Shown one piece after another: positions 44,422 through 54,361 of a DNA stretch of 59,512 nt. The DNA is from Candidatus Eiseniibacteriota bacterium (GTDB lineage Bacteria; Eisenbacteria; RBG-16-71-46; JABDJR01; JAWXBZ01). The translations under genes and the position numbers were made by a program. The stretch spans positions 1 through 59,512 of the forward strand of contig JAWXBZ010000122.1 in assembly GCA_034440375.1 (NCBI GenBank), written 5' to 3'. A model generated the notes under the pieces. That model was not told where the DNA came from, made no database searches, and saw nothing but the letters and a program-made list of their open reading frames with translations. Position 1 is the stretch's first letter, and each line of letters opens with the position of its first letter.

Positions 44422-45495
44422 TCAGCCCTGAGCCGCCTTGTACTTGTCCAGCCGGGCCTGCGACTCTAGCTTGCGCTTCGGATCGATGGCCAGCTTCAGG
44501 GCCTGCTCCTGGATCGTCACGGCCTTGTCGACATTTCCCTTTTCAAAGTGGACGCGGGCCAGCGTGTCGAGGACTTCCATGTTGGCGCCGTCGGTCAGAT
44601 CTTCGGCGCGGACGGCGGCGCGCAGCGCCAGGTCGAGATTGCGCTGCTCCAGGCCCTGCCCGTCGACGATGGCCCAGGCGATGGCGTTGAGCATCTCCGG
44701 GCGATCCTTGAACATGATATCGACCAGCTGCGTCGCCCACTGGTACCCCTCATCGTAGCGATGGAGTGCGAAGAGAAGGAGTTCGAATTTCTTGACCGCA
44801 GCCTGATCGTGGCGGGCGGGATCGACAACCATCAGCTCATCCAGGCCTTCGATCATCTTCCCGGCATCCTGCGCCTTGGCCGCGGCCTGCAGCCTGGCCT
44901 CAACTTCCTTGATCTTGTCCTGGCGGGCCTTGTACACGGCAAAATCCCAGGTGCCGGCGACGACGTCATCGAGAATGGCACCCAGCTCTCCCGGGTGGCC
45001 GATCCAGGCAATTATTCCCTTCTGGTCCACGACGAACGAGCAGGGAATCCCCTGTCGGCCAGCGGCGACCATCCAGGCGTTGTTCGTGCCGCCCCCTTTG
45101 TCAAAGGCCACCCGGTAATCCATCTTGGCACCCATCTTCTCGACAAAGGGCTTCACTTCGGGAAGACCCTTCGGCTCGCTGGAGATGCCGATGATCGTCA
45201 GCTTGTCGCCGTAGCGCTGCTGCAATTCGGTGAGATGCGGGATCGTCTGCCGGCAGGGTCCGCACCAGGTCGCCCAGAATTCGATCACGTACGGGTGCCC
45301 CTTCTCCAGTTTTTCGATGGGCTCACCCTTGACCCAGGTATCGATCATGAGTGGCGGCGCCGGCATGCCGATTTCCAGCTTCCTTGGCGGCCCGGGGCTC
45401 TGCTGGGCCAACGATGGAAGAGCGAGGGTGGCCGTGAGCACGAGAGCCAGGAAGGCGGCCAATGAAGCCGCATTGGTGCGGTGGTTTCGGTTCAT
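44422..45495 (-). CDS. Exported TlpA/redoxin family thiol-disulfide oxidoreductase with TPR-like C-terminus
   Basis: IEFWATWCGPC, GIPCSFVVDQKG, LDTLARVHF; signal peptide. Start reassigned to ATG 45495. Confidence 0.85.
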   Translation of the reverse strand: MNRNHRTNAASLAAFLALVLTATLALPSLAQQSPGPPRKLEIGMPAPPLMIDTWVKGEPIEKLEKGHPYVIEFWATWCGPCRQTIPHLTELQQRYGDKLTIIGISSEPKGLPEVKPFVEKMGAKMDYRVAFDKGGGTNNAWMVAAGRQGIPCSFVVDQKGIIAWIGHPGELGAILDDVVAGTWDFAVYKARQDKIKEVEARLQAAAKAQDAGKMIEGLDELMVVDPARHDQAAVKKFELLLFALHRYDEGYQWATQLVDIMFKDRPEMLNAIAWAIVDGQGLEQRNLDLALRAAVRAEDLTDGANMEVLDTLARVHFEKGNVDKAVTIQEQALKLAIDPKRKLESQARLDKYKAAQG

Positions 45496-45574
45496 GAGGT
45501 CCTCGAATCGACGATGCTGGTTGAGCGGGGTCGCCGGCCGCGCGAGGCGGTGGCGTCCAAAATAATAGCCGATA

Positions 45575-46648
45575 CTAGTCCAGGGTGCCTGTCCAGACTT
45601 CCAGGGCCCGCCCGTCGTCGGTAACCGCCAGGAGCGTGATGGAAGCCGTTCCGGTGTCCTTGAAGTCGATCCGGAAGAAGCCGGGGTCCGAGGACGCCAC
45701 CCGAACCCGATCCGTATCAACCGGTTCCGTGTGACCGAGGACGCCGGCGCCGCTGACCACGAGGTGGGTCGGGGCTGATGGCCCCAGCTCCGCCGGTCCA
45801 TCCATCAACTGTAAATTGTGATCATGACCGGACGCATACATCCAGGGGGGCCGGGCCTCGAAGGCATCGAGCAGGCGATGACGCATGGCTCTGTAGCTGG
45901 CGGCTGAGAGATCCTGGGCATAAATGCCATGCGCCCGGGCGATCGGATAAAGGGAGCCGATGACGGGCAGCGGCATGACAAGCCATGGGCTCAGGCTGCG
46001 GAACGGGAACAGGTGATCGAGTACCGTGAAGTGGCCGCCGTGCCGACCCCGGCTGGCCAGCGGGTGATGACCCACCACGATCACCTTCCGATCGCCGGCT
46101 GTGACGAGAGCTTCCGACAGGGCCTCGACGATTGCCGTGTCGGTCGTGGCCGGGCAAACAAGCGCAGCGTCGGGCCGCTGGTGGTCATGCAGCCACCACT
46201 GCGTATCGAGCACGACGACGCGCAGCCGGGGATCCAGGTCGTCGACGACGACCGGGCCGGGGCACCCCTCGTTGGGAAGCCAGCGGACCATGGCCCCGCC
46301 CAGGCGCTCGACCTCGATCTCCTGCCGGAGGACTCGTCGCCATTCCTCCGGGCCCGACCCTCCCCAATCGTGATTGCCGGGGATGAAAATGCCCCGCACG
46401 CCGGCGGCGGTGATGGCCTGGACCTGGTCGCGGATCCGCCGCGACATCTTGGGATAGTCGTCGTCGGATTCGTCGGGGAGCCCCCTCGGGTAGATGTTGT
46501 CGCCGAGAACGACGACAGCGCTCATTTCGGGGGCCCGGCCAAGCTCCGCGGTCAGGGCGGTGAGGACCGGTTCACCCGCCGGGCGGGGATCGCCGGCATC
46601 GCCGATCAGGAACAGGTGAAACATTGCCAGGAGGGCGAGAGGGGTCAT
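45575..46648 (-). CDS. Metallophosphoesterase
   Basis: IGDAG, LGDNIY, PGNHDW, GHHP, SGHDH motifs. Confidence 0.8.
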   Translation of the reverse strand: MTPLALLAMFHLFLIGDAGDPRPAGEPVLTALTAELGRAPEMSAVVVLGDNIYPRGLPDESDDDYPKMSRRIRDQVQAITAAGVRGIFIPGNHDWGGSGPEEWRRVLRQEIEVERLGGAMVRWLPNEGCPGPVVVDDLDPRLRVVVLDTQWWLHDHQRPDAALVCPATTDTAIVEALSEALVTAGDRKVIVVGHHPLASRGRHGGHFTVLDHLFPFRSLSPWLVMPLPVIGSLYPIARAHGIYAQDLSAASYRAMRHRLLDAFEARPPWMYASGHDHNLQLMDGPAELGPSAPTHLVVSGAGVLGHTEPVDTDRVRVASSDPGFFRIDFKDTGTASITLLAVTDDGRALEVWTGTLD

Positions 46649-46754
46649 ATGGAGGGAGAATACTCGACATTTTCTTTCATTGCGTCGGCACGGGGTTGCC
46701 GACATGACAGCCATCCCCCGGCCCAGCGACCGGGGGACATCAGTCCGATTCCAG

Positions 46755-48269
46755 CTACCGCGTCAGGAGCAGCTTGCCGGTTCGAACCTGTCCGGCGAAC
46801 TCGAGCCGGCTGAAATAGAGACCCGCGGCGGCCGCATGACCGTCATCGTCGTTGCCATTCCAGAAGATGGCATGATCACCCGCCGGAAAGGGCGTGGCGA
46901 CGAGTGTCGTCACCCGGCGACCCGCGGCATCGTGAATTGTGAGAAGGACCCGCCCGCCCTCCGGCTGGCTCCAGGACAGGCGCGTGGCGGACGCAAAGGG
47001 ATTCGGCTGGTTCGGGCGGAGCGACAACGCCGGCCGACCCGCATCGAGATCGTCGCCGGGAACGCCGGTCTGCGACGCGGTGATCCCAAGCGGCAGGCTG
47101 GCCGAGTTGTTGGCCATGTTCGGATCGTACTCACCGGCCTGGGCATCGACCGGAACGACCAGCACACCCGCCGCGCCGGCGAGCAGCGTGATCTCGACGA
47201 CATCGGAGGCGCCCAAAGCGAGCGTCGGCACCGTGCGGGTGATCGTGTTTCCGACACCGCTCACCGTTGCCGAGGCCGATTGAAACGTGAGGCCGGCCGG
47301 CAGGGGATTTGAGATGGTGAGATTCGTGACGTTGGAGGCACCGGTGTTGGTGGTGGTCATCGTGAATGTCCAGGTCTGGCCCGACTCCACGGTGGCCATC
47401 GTGGCCGACAGCACGACCGCCACATCGGCGCTGGCATTCAATAGGATCTGATCGCTCTGCGCATAGACGGTCGCGCCGTTCCTGATCTCGGCGTTGACCG
47501 TCTTCGTGCCGTTGGCCGCCGAGAGAACCCAGCTCTGATTGGCACTGAACGTCGTCCAGGCGGACCAGGCGCCCTCCTCGTTGCGGAAACGCATCTCCTG
47601 GGCCCAGCCGGTGCCATAGACGTACAGATCAACGGTCGAGTTGGTGACCTGGAAGGCCTCCCGGTTGATGACGACCGGATACACGGAATTCTTCCGGCCG
47701 AAGTTCTGCGTCCAGTAACGGCTGTACGGCCCGCCGGGGGTGCCATCCGCCGTGCAATCGCCGTTCGCATCCCCCCGCACGTTGCTCTGGTCGCCGCTCT
47801 GCAGGTAGTAGCCGATGCCGATCTCCCGGTAATTCACGGAGAGCAGATTGGCCCGGTGTCCCGTGGAGTTCATCCAGCCGGTCATGACGGCCGCGGGGGT
47901 CGAGTAGCCGGCGGCAATATTCTCGGCGGCGGAGTTCCAGCCGGTGTAACCGGCGGCGGTCATCCGATCCCACGGCCTGGTGCCGGTGTCGAGATCGCAG
48001 TGAGCGAAGAAGTTCCGCACGGCCATGTTGGTGCTGTGCGTGGTCGAGGAACTGTTGAGGAAGTCGTTGCGCTTGAGGGGTGGCAGCTGGCCGTTGGTCC
48101 AGCGCTCCTGATTCACGATCTGCATGACCTGGTCTTCGTAGGTCGGGCTCTGCGCCGAGGCGACGGAGACCACGGACCAGCCCAGGAGCACGAACGCGGC
48201 GGTTAACCGGGCGGCGCCCGGCTGGATGATTCCGAAAGTGCGGTGTCGTGGGTGGTGGTGACGAATCAT
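46755..48269 (-). CDS. CAP/SCP domain protein with DUF11-like and FlgD-Ig/Por-tail-like domains
   Basis: HSTNMAVRNFFAH, AENIAAG, WMNSTGHRANLL, YWTQNFG; GGAG RBS; C-terminal QPNPF...GLYFSRL. Confidence 0.85.
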   Translation of the reverse strand: MIRHHHPRHRTFGIIQPGAARLTAAFVLLGWSVVSVASAQSPTYEDQVMQIVNQERWTNGQLPPLKRNDFLNSSSTTHSTNMAVRNFFAHCDLDTGTRPWDRMTAAGYTGWNSAAENIAAGYSTPAAVMTGWMNSTGHRANLLSVNYREIGIGYYLQSGDQSNVRGDANGDCTADGTPGGPYSRYWTQNFGRKNSVYPVVINREAFQVTNSTVDLYVYGTGWAQEMRFRNEEGAWSAWTTFSANQSWVLSAANGTKTVNAEIRNGATVYAQSDQILLNASADVAVVLSATMATVESGQTWTFTMTTTNTGASNVTNLTISNPLPAGLTFQSASATVSGVGNTITRTVPTLALGASDVVEITLLAGAAGVLVVPVDAQAGEYDPNMANNSASLPLGITASQTGVPGDDLDAGRPALSLRPNQPNPFASATRLSWSQPEGGRVLLTIHDAAGRRVTTLVATPFPAGDHAIFWNGNDDDGHAAAAGLYFSRLEFAGQVRTGKLLLTR

Positions 48270-48497
48270 GACCAACATCTCCCGGAAGCGCGGCGTGTGG
48301 GACAACCTGGTTCACTTTGCTCGGTCACAGGAGATATCGGAGTGGGCCACTCGGAGCTTAAGAGCTTTCGCTGCGTATGGAATGCGTGAGGAGCGTCAGA
48401 TTACCCAGTTGGGGCGATTTGACTCAGGGATGATCGGCGTCGTTCTTCATGGCGCGGGTCATGGCGGCAGAGTAGCAGTTTTTCGACGGCGCGCAAG

Positions 48498-48526
48498 TTG
48501 TTGTCCACCCGGCCGCTCGTTATCCT
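48498..48526 (+). promoter_or_regulatory. sigma70-type promoter, leaderless
   Basis: TTGTTG-N17-TATCCT; the predicted +1 lies at about ATG 48534. Confidence 0.45.
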
Positions 48527-48533
48527 GTGCCCC

Positions 48534-50889
48534 ATGACCCCCTGCCCCGTTTGCCGGGTCCCGGTGCCGGACTCCAGCCGCTTCTGTTCGTCGTGCGGGT
48601 CGTCCATTCATTCCAGCACTCCCAGTGTGGCCGGAGTCGTGGCGAGCGGTGCCGCCGGCTCAACCCTGTTCCAACCGGGAATGGTGCTGGCCGGGCGTTA
48701 CCGGATCATCGGGCTCATCGGGCGGGGCGGCATGGGCGAGGTGTACCGGGCCGACGACCTGAAACTCGATCAGCCGGTGGCGCTCAAGTTCCTTCCCGCC
48801 GTTTTGGCCGGAAACGCGGCGGCCCTGGCCTCCTTCCATTCAGAGGTTCGGCTGGCGCGGCAGATCAGTCATCCCAACGTCTGTCGCGTGTACGACATCG
48901 GCGAGATCGAAGGGCAGCACTTTCTGTCGATGGAGTTCATCGACGGCGAGGATCTGGCCAGTCTTCTTCGGCGCATCGACCGGTTGCCGGCCGAAAAGGC
49001 CACGCAGCTTGCCCGCGAAATCTGCGCTGGCCTGGCGGCCGCCCACGCCCAGGGCGTGCTCCATCGCGATCTCAAGCCGTCGAACATCATGATCGACGGA
49101 CGGGGTGATGCGCGCATCGCTGACTTCGGCCTGGCCGGACTGTCCGGCCGCCTCACCGAGAACGACAACTTTGCCGGCACCCCGGCCTACATGGCACCCG
49201 AACAGATGGACGGCATCAACCTGACGGTGAGGACCGACCTCTACTCACTGGGCCTCATTCTCTACGAGATGGTGACCGGTCGACGCCCGTTTGAGGCCGA
49301 CTCGCTGGTTGAACTGATCCGCCAGCACCAGGAAGAACCGCCCGAACCGCCGTCGCACCGGGTGAATGACCTCGATCCGCGCGTTGAAAAGGTCATCCTC
49401 CGATGTCTCGAGAAGGAACCGGAGCGCCGATTTGACTCGGCGATGGCCCTGTCGGCCGCCCTGCCAGGCGGCGATCCACTGGCCGCCGCGCTGGCAGCCG
49501 GCCAAACGCCGAGCCCGGAGATGGTGAGAGCCGCCGGTGGCGAGGTGGCGATGCGTCCGCGCACGGCCAACCTGCTGCTCGGCGTCATGACCCTGGGAAT
49601 CATCATCAGTCTTTTCATCGGCCGGCAGGCGTATCTGTATCAACTGAGTCCGCTGCCAAAGCGTCCGGAAGTCCTCGAAGACAAGGCCCGCGAGTTGCTG
49701 GCCCGGGTCGATCTGCCGCAATCGGCCGGGCTCAAGGGCTCCGGATTCCTGGATGACTATTCCCTGCTGCGTTGGATCGCGGATCGCGACCCCTCGCCGG
49801 ACCGCTGGAGTCATTTTGCATCGGGAAAAGCCTCGGCCATTTCGTACTGGTATCGCCAGGCCCTGCCGCGGGGGAGGTGCCGCAGCGTCTCGGCTCGTTC
49901 GGTCGCATCAACCGGACGGACCCGCCGTTCGAATCGGCCGGGATGTCCATGGTGGTCCTCGACGAGACCGGCCAGCTGACCTTGCTTGCGGTGATTCCGC
50001 CGCGGACCGACTCGTTGGCCGTGGTGCCCGAGCCCGATTGGCCGAACTGGTTTGTCGCGGCCGGACTCGATACCGGGCGATTCGCTCCGGCGGTGCCGAA
50101 TCGCAATCCGAGTTTCTATGTTGACGCGCGGCGCGCCTGGCGCGGCACGCGGTCGTGGGCGCCCGGCGACACCGTCCTGGTCGAGGCGGCCACCTACCGG
50201 GGCCGGCTGGCCCGATTTTCGGTGATCGTCCCCTGGGATCCGCGTGACCGATTCAATGATGTCCTGCCGGATGGCCAGAGGACCGCCCAGTCGATCATCT
50301 CGTTTGTCATCATCCTGACGGTCATGATCGGCGGCTTTCTGATCACGCGTCGAAACATCCGCCTGGAGCGGGCCGACCGGCTCGGTGCGGTGCGGGTGGC
50401 CACGGCGGTCTGGGGTTCGCTCATGCTGGCCTGGCTCTTCTGCCGATTCAGATCGACTCGGATGTGCTTCTGGGCGGACCGGCCGTGATCGGCGCCATCC
50501 TGAGCAGCCTGACCCAGGTGGTGACCACACCGATGGTCATCCTCATCCTGTATGTGATCGGGAGAATGGTTCTGAAGAAGGAGTGGCTCTCGGTTGGCCT
50601 GGTGGTCCTGCTCCTGGGAGGCGCCGCCTCGGCCGGGCAGACATCGCCGACGCGTCTCGTCATCAGCCTCATCATCACGGGCGGCCTGCTCGCCCTGGTC
50701 TTCCGCCGGGGCTTCCTGGCTGCCGCCTCGGCCATCCTGGTCCTGGGACTCGTGTCGAACTACCCGTTCGCACTGGACACGTCGGCCTGGTACTTTTCGA
50801 CGACATTGATCCTGCTGGCGCTGCTGGCGGTGATCGGTGTCACCGCCTTGCGCGCAGCCCGCGGCCGGCTGGGCGAGCGGGCGGCGTAA
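48534..50889 (+). pseudogene. Zinc-ribbon + Hanks Ser/Thr kinase + extracytoplasmic + multi-TM receptor kinase, split over three frames
   Basis: Intact kinase motifs (GRGGMGEVY, VALK, HRDLKPSN, DFG, GTPAYMAPE). Coding-like sequence shifts frame at ~49860-49875 and again at ~50440. Confidence 0.7.
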
Positions 50890-50910
50890 GGGCCGCCCGC
50901 TTCGCCCGAA

Positions 50911-51546
50911 TCAGGACTCCGTGGTGACGATCTTTCCCCTCATCGAAGCCTCGGTGATGGTGCCGTCGGCAAAAGCCTTGAGATCGCCGGCGCGTGCCTT
51001 GATCTGGAGCTGGTTGAGCTTGTGCTTCTTGAAGTAGCGGCTGTCCTCGAGCGCGATCGAGATACCGACCCACTGGCTGCCATCGAGGCGTGTTCCGAAG
51101 TTGTCGCCGCCGGCCATCAGGGCTTCGGTCATCTCCTCCTTGAAGGCCTTGTATTGCTTTTCCTGGCGGGTCAGCATCCGGGCCGAATCCCCGTCGTCGT
51201 CATCGTCGTCCCACGACCAATTCCAGTTGGTCTGGCGCGTGATCGACCAGCGATTGAGAAGTGACACCTCGGCGGTGAACAGGATGCCGAACTCCGGGAT
51301 GTAGTGCCCCTGCGTGGCTTCGTGTGACTGCACCAGCACGTTGCGGCTCTCGACGAAGACATCGTCGAACATCTCCTCCATGCCGCGGATCGTGCGACGA
51401 AGGCGGGTGTCGTCACTTGCGGTGGTTGACGTCTGTGAACGGACCAGCGGCGCGGCGGCCACTGTCAGCACACCGACAAGTCCGACCACGGCAAAGAGGC
51501 GCCCGTAACGGGCAACCAGGGGGGAACGCGCAACGAAAGACAGCAT
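50911..51546 (-). CDS. Secreted hypothetical protein (paralog of 38592-39347)
   Basis: AAGGAG RBS before ATG 51546; signal peptide; LRRTIRGMEEMFDDVFVESRNVLV...GHYIPEFGILFTAEVSL. Confidence 0.75.
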   Translation of the reverse strand: MLSFVARSPLVARYGRLFAVVGLVGVLTVAAAPLVRSQTSTTASDDTRLRRTIRGMEEMFDDVFVESRNVLVQSHEATQGHYIPEFGILFTAEVSLLNRWSITRQTNWNWSWDDDDDDGDSARMLTRQEKQYKAFKEEMTEALMAGGDNFGTRLDGSQWVGISIALEDSRYFKKHKLNQLQIKARAGDLKAFADGTITEASMRGKIVTTES

Positions 51547-51622
51547 CGGATCTCCTTGAGACGGGGGGTTCGATCGGCGCCCGGCGCTGCCGGTGCCCGG
51601 CCAATTCGTGCTTCGGTATCCA

Positions 51623-51650
51623 AAGACGCAGGTCGGCCGTGGAGTGTTGA
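51623..51650 (-). promoter_or_regulatory. Putative ECF promoter matching the one at 40788-40816
   Basis: TCAAC-N17-CGTCTT. Confidence 0.5.
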
Positions 51651-51703
51651 AGCGGGAACGAATTGACCGTGACGGCCTTTCGGTCAGAAGGGGCGAGGAG
51701 ACG

Positions 51704-52024
51704 TCAGGAGCGACGCGGGTGCCAGCGATGGCGCTCGAGGTCGATCCGGCCGCGGTCGTTGAATCGAATGCCTTCCTTCGACAGCAGCCGGCGCTGCAAC
51801 CCCGGAGGCTCGACCAGCCCCTCGGTGGAACAGGCCCCCTGTGCGTTGACCACCCGCCACCACGGGACATCGTCGGGGCACCCGCTCATGGCCCAGCCGA
51901 CGGCCCGCGCCGAGAGCCGGCGCCCGAGGTGTTCGGAAATCTGGCCGTAGGTCATGACACGCCCCTTCGGGATGCGCTTGACCAGCTTCCAGACCGGGGC
52001 GAAGGCGTTGGGGGTTCGCGTCAC
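51704..52024 (-). CDS. Alkyltransferase-like (ATL/YbaZ, MGMT family) protein
   Basis: IPKGRVMTYGQI, ARAVGWAM, VPWWRVVNAQG (Trp in place of the catalytic Cys). Confidence 0.85.
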   Translation of the reverse strand: MTRTPNAFAPVWKLVKRIPKGRVMTYGQISEHLGRRLSARAVGWAMSGCPDDVPWWRVVNAQGACSTEGLVEPPGLQRRLLSKEGIRFNDRGRIDLERHRWHPRRS

Positions 52025-52049
52025 GCCCGGCCCCGGTCAGTGATGAGCC

Positions 52050-54134
52050 TCAGAGGTACTTTTTCCACCAGTCAAGAATCTGGCGCAGGCGATGTAGCCT
52101 CATGTCGGGCGGCCCGCCGCGGCTCATGCCATGGCTGGTCGTGCGCGGGTAGCGGACGAAGCGCGTTGGGATCTTGCGCATCTTCAGCACGCTGAACACC
52201 TGCTCGGCCTGCTCGATGTTGCAGCGCAGATCCCCTTCACTGTGGATGATCAGTGTCGGCGCCTTGACCCGGCCAAAGTAGGCGATCGGGCTCATCTCGC
52301 GGAGTTTTTCAGGGCGGTCCCAGATGTTGCCGGGCCAGTAGAAATCGGGTGCTTCGACGAAATCGGTGTTCCCCATCATGCTGACGAGGTTTGAAACACA
52401 GCGGTCGGTGATGGCCGCCTTGAAATCACGCGTGTGACCGATGGCCCAGTTGGTCATGTAACCGCCGTAGCTGCCGCCCATGATACCGAGACGTTTCGAA
52501 TCGACCCACGGCTGTTCCTTGATGAAGGCAGTCACCGCCTGGATGTCGATCCAGTCCTTGTTTCCCCAGTCGCCCGTGATGACGGCGCAGTGATCACGAC
52601 CGTATCCCTTGCTGCCGCGCGGGTTGGAGTAAAAGACCGCGTAACCCTGCGCCGCCAGGAGCTGGAACTCGTGAAAGAACGGCACGCCGTACTGGGCATG
52701 GGGCCCGCCGTGCACCTCGAGGATGGCCGGCATTTTTCGTTTGCCGTGAGCGGGCCGGATGGACCAGCACTGAACGCGGTGGCCGTCGGCGGTGCGCACC
52801 CAGTGACTCACCGGTCGGACGATCTCGAGTTCCCGGTGGAGGAGCGCGTTGAAGGAGGTCACCGCCCGCGGCGTCAATGATCCGATCGACTTCGAAACGT
52901 CGGTCAGATGGATTTCGGCCAGGCCGCTGCTGTCACCGACGACCAGGACCAGCTTCCTCCCCGTCGCATCGAAATTGCCCAGCGTGTGTTCCCGGCTGCC
53001 CCGGGTGTGAATCGTCAACGGGCCACCGGAGCGGGCCACCGAGGCCACGTGTCCCTCGCCATGCCAGCCAAGGCGCGTGACGATACGCCGACTGTCGGGA
53101 GTCCACAGAATCTGCGGATCGAAGGCCGCTTCGGCGGTGTCGGCCAGCGTGGCCGCCGTGAGACAGTAGTCCGTCTTGCCGGTCAGGCTCCGGGCTCCAC
53201 CCGTGACCGCGCCGCAAACGAAGAGTTCAATGTTTTCGGCATCCCACTGACCGGCGCGCCCTTCGCGGCCGGCCCAGGCCAGTGACTTGCCATCGGGCGA
53301 CCAGCGCACCGCGGTCTTCGGCCCCTCGGGAAGATTCGGTACGGCGCGGATCTTCCGGCTGGACACCTGGATCCGCAGAATCTCGTCCTTCCACGGCTCG
53401 ACCATGGCCCGTGGTGCGCGATTGGTGGTGACCGCCAGTTCCTTGCTGTCCGGGGACCAGTCGTAGCTGAAGCCTCCCATCGTGTCCCGGTCGTACAGCT
53501 TCCGGTGCTTGCCGGTTTTGGCATCGATCACGTACAGGTGGAAGCGCTGGGCATTGAAATAGCCGTCTCCGTCCAGGCGGTACCACCAGTCGTCGAGGAC
53601 CCGGGGCGGATCGGTCAGGCCGTTGTCGGTGCGATGCTTCCCGGCCGCACAGGTCCAGTCGGGGTCCTGCTCGCGGAACGACGCGGCCAGCATCCGCCCA
53701 TCGGGCGACCAGCGGAACGAGGCCAGCGTCCCCTCGGGAAAATCGGTCAGCTTCGTGGCCTCGCCACCGGCGGCTGGAATGGTCCAGATCTGCGGGCGGG
53801 ACTTCTCGCGCCCCGAAACGAAGGCGATCCGCCCGCCGTCGGGCGACCAGCGGGGATAACCGTCCTTGCCGCCGCTCGTGAATCGCACCGCCTCTCCCCC
53901 ATCGACCGGGACCATCCAGAGATCGAGGAGGTAGTCATTCTTCGTGCCGACGTGCTTCCGAACAAACACGACCCGTTTGCCATCCGGCGACAGTTGCGGG
54001 TCGGAAACGAATACAAACCGGGTCAGATCCTCGACCTTGATCGGCCGGCGGGTTCGCGATGCGGCGCGGCTGACGGCGGCGCGGCTGACCGGCATCTTCG
54101 AGCGGCTCTTCCCCTTGCGACGTGACGATGCCAT
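52050..54134 (-). CDS. S9 family serine peptidase (acylaminoacyl/dipeptidyl peptidase) with beta-propeller
   Basis: VHGGPH, NPRGSKGYG, GGSYGG, HSEGDLRC, SHG; repeated WSPD blades. Confidence 0.92.
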   Translation of the reverse strand: MASSRRKGKSRSKMPVSRAAVSRAASRTRRPIKVEDLTRFVFVSDPQLSPDGKRVVFVRKHVGTKNDYLLDLWMVPVDGGEAVRFTSGGKDGYPRWSPDGGRIAFVSGREKSRPQIWTIPAAGGEATKLTDFPEGTLASFRWSPDGRMLAASFREQDPDWTCAAGKHRTDNGLTDPPRVLDDWWYRLDGDGYFNAQRFHLYVIDAKTGKHRKLYDRDTMGGFSYDWSPDSKELAVTTNRAPRAMVEPWKDEILRIQVSSRKIRAVPNLPEGPKTAVRWSPDGKSLAWAGREGRAGQWDAENIELFVCGAVTGGARSLTGKTDYCLTAATLADTAEAAFDPQILWTPDSRRIVTRLGWHGEGHVASVARSGGPLTIHTRGSREHTLGNFDATGRKLVLVVGDSSGLAEIHLTDVSKSIGSLTPRAVTSFNALLHRELEIVRPVSHWVRTADGHRVQCWSIRPAHGKRKMPAILEVHGGPHAQYGVPFFHEFQLLAAQGYAVFYSNPRGSKGYGRDHCAVITGDWGNKDWIDIQAVTAFIKEQPWVDSKRLGIMGGSYGGYMTNWAIGHTRDFKAAITDRCVSNLVSMMGNTDFVEAPDFYWPGNIWDRPEKLREMSPIAYFGRVKAPTLIIHSEGDLRCNIEQAEQVFSVLKMRKIPTRFVRYPRTTSHGMSRGGPPDMRLHRLRQILDWWKKYL

Positions 54135-54264
54135 GCAACCCCCGCTGGATGGATTCGTGAAACGGACAGGACTGATTCAGGCGATGGGCATTGTCGGCGC
54201 GGCCGCGGGTCCTGTCCAGTGGAGTCGGGTGGGCCCTGCCTGAGAGTTGTCACACGGGTCCACC

Positions 54265-54293
54265 TTGCTACCCCCCACCACGCGGCGTATCAT
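54265..54293 (+). promoter_or_regulatory. sigma70 promoter of kup
   Basis: TTGCTA-N17-TATCAT. Confidence 0.55.
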
Positions 54294-54361
54294 GCCCGGC
54301 TTGGCCGACTCTGCCGGGCGGCCGAACCACCCCGGATGGGGCGGGAATCAAGGAAACGCGC

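Noticed and set aside
54294-54361. Possible c-di-AMP riboswitch ahead of kup
   Set aside because: The leader from the predicted promoter is only about 60 nt and shows no aptamer features.
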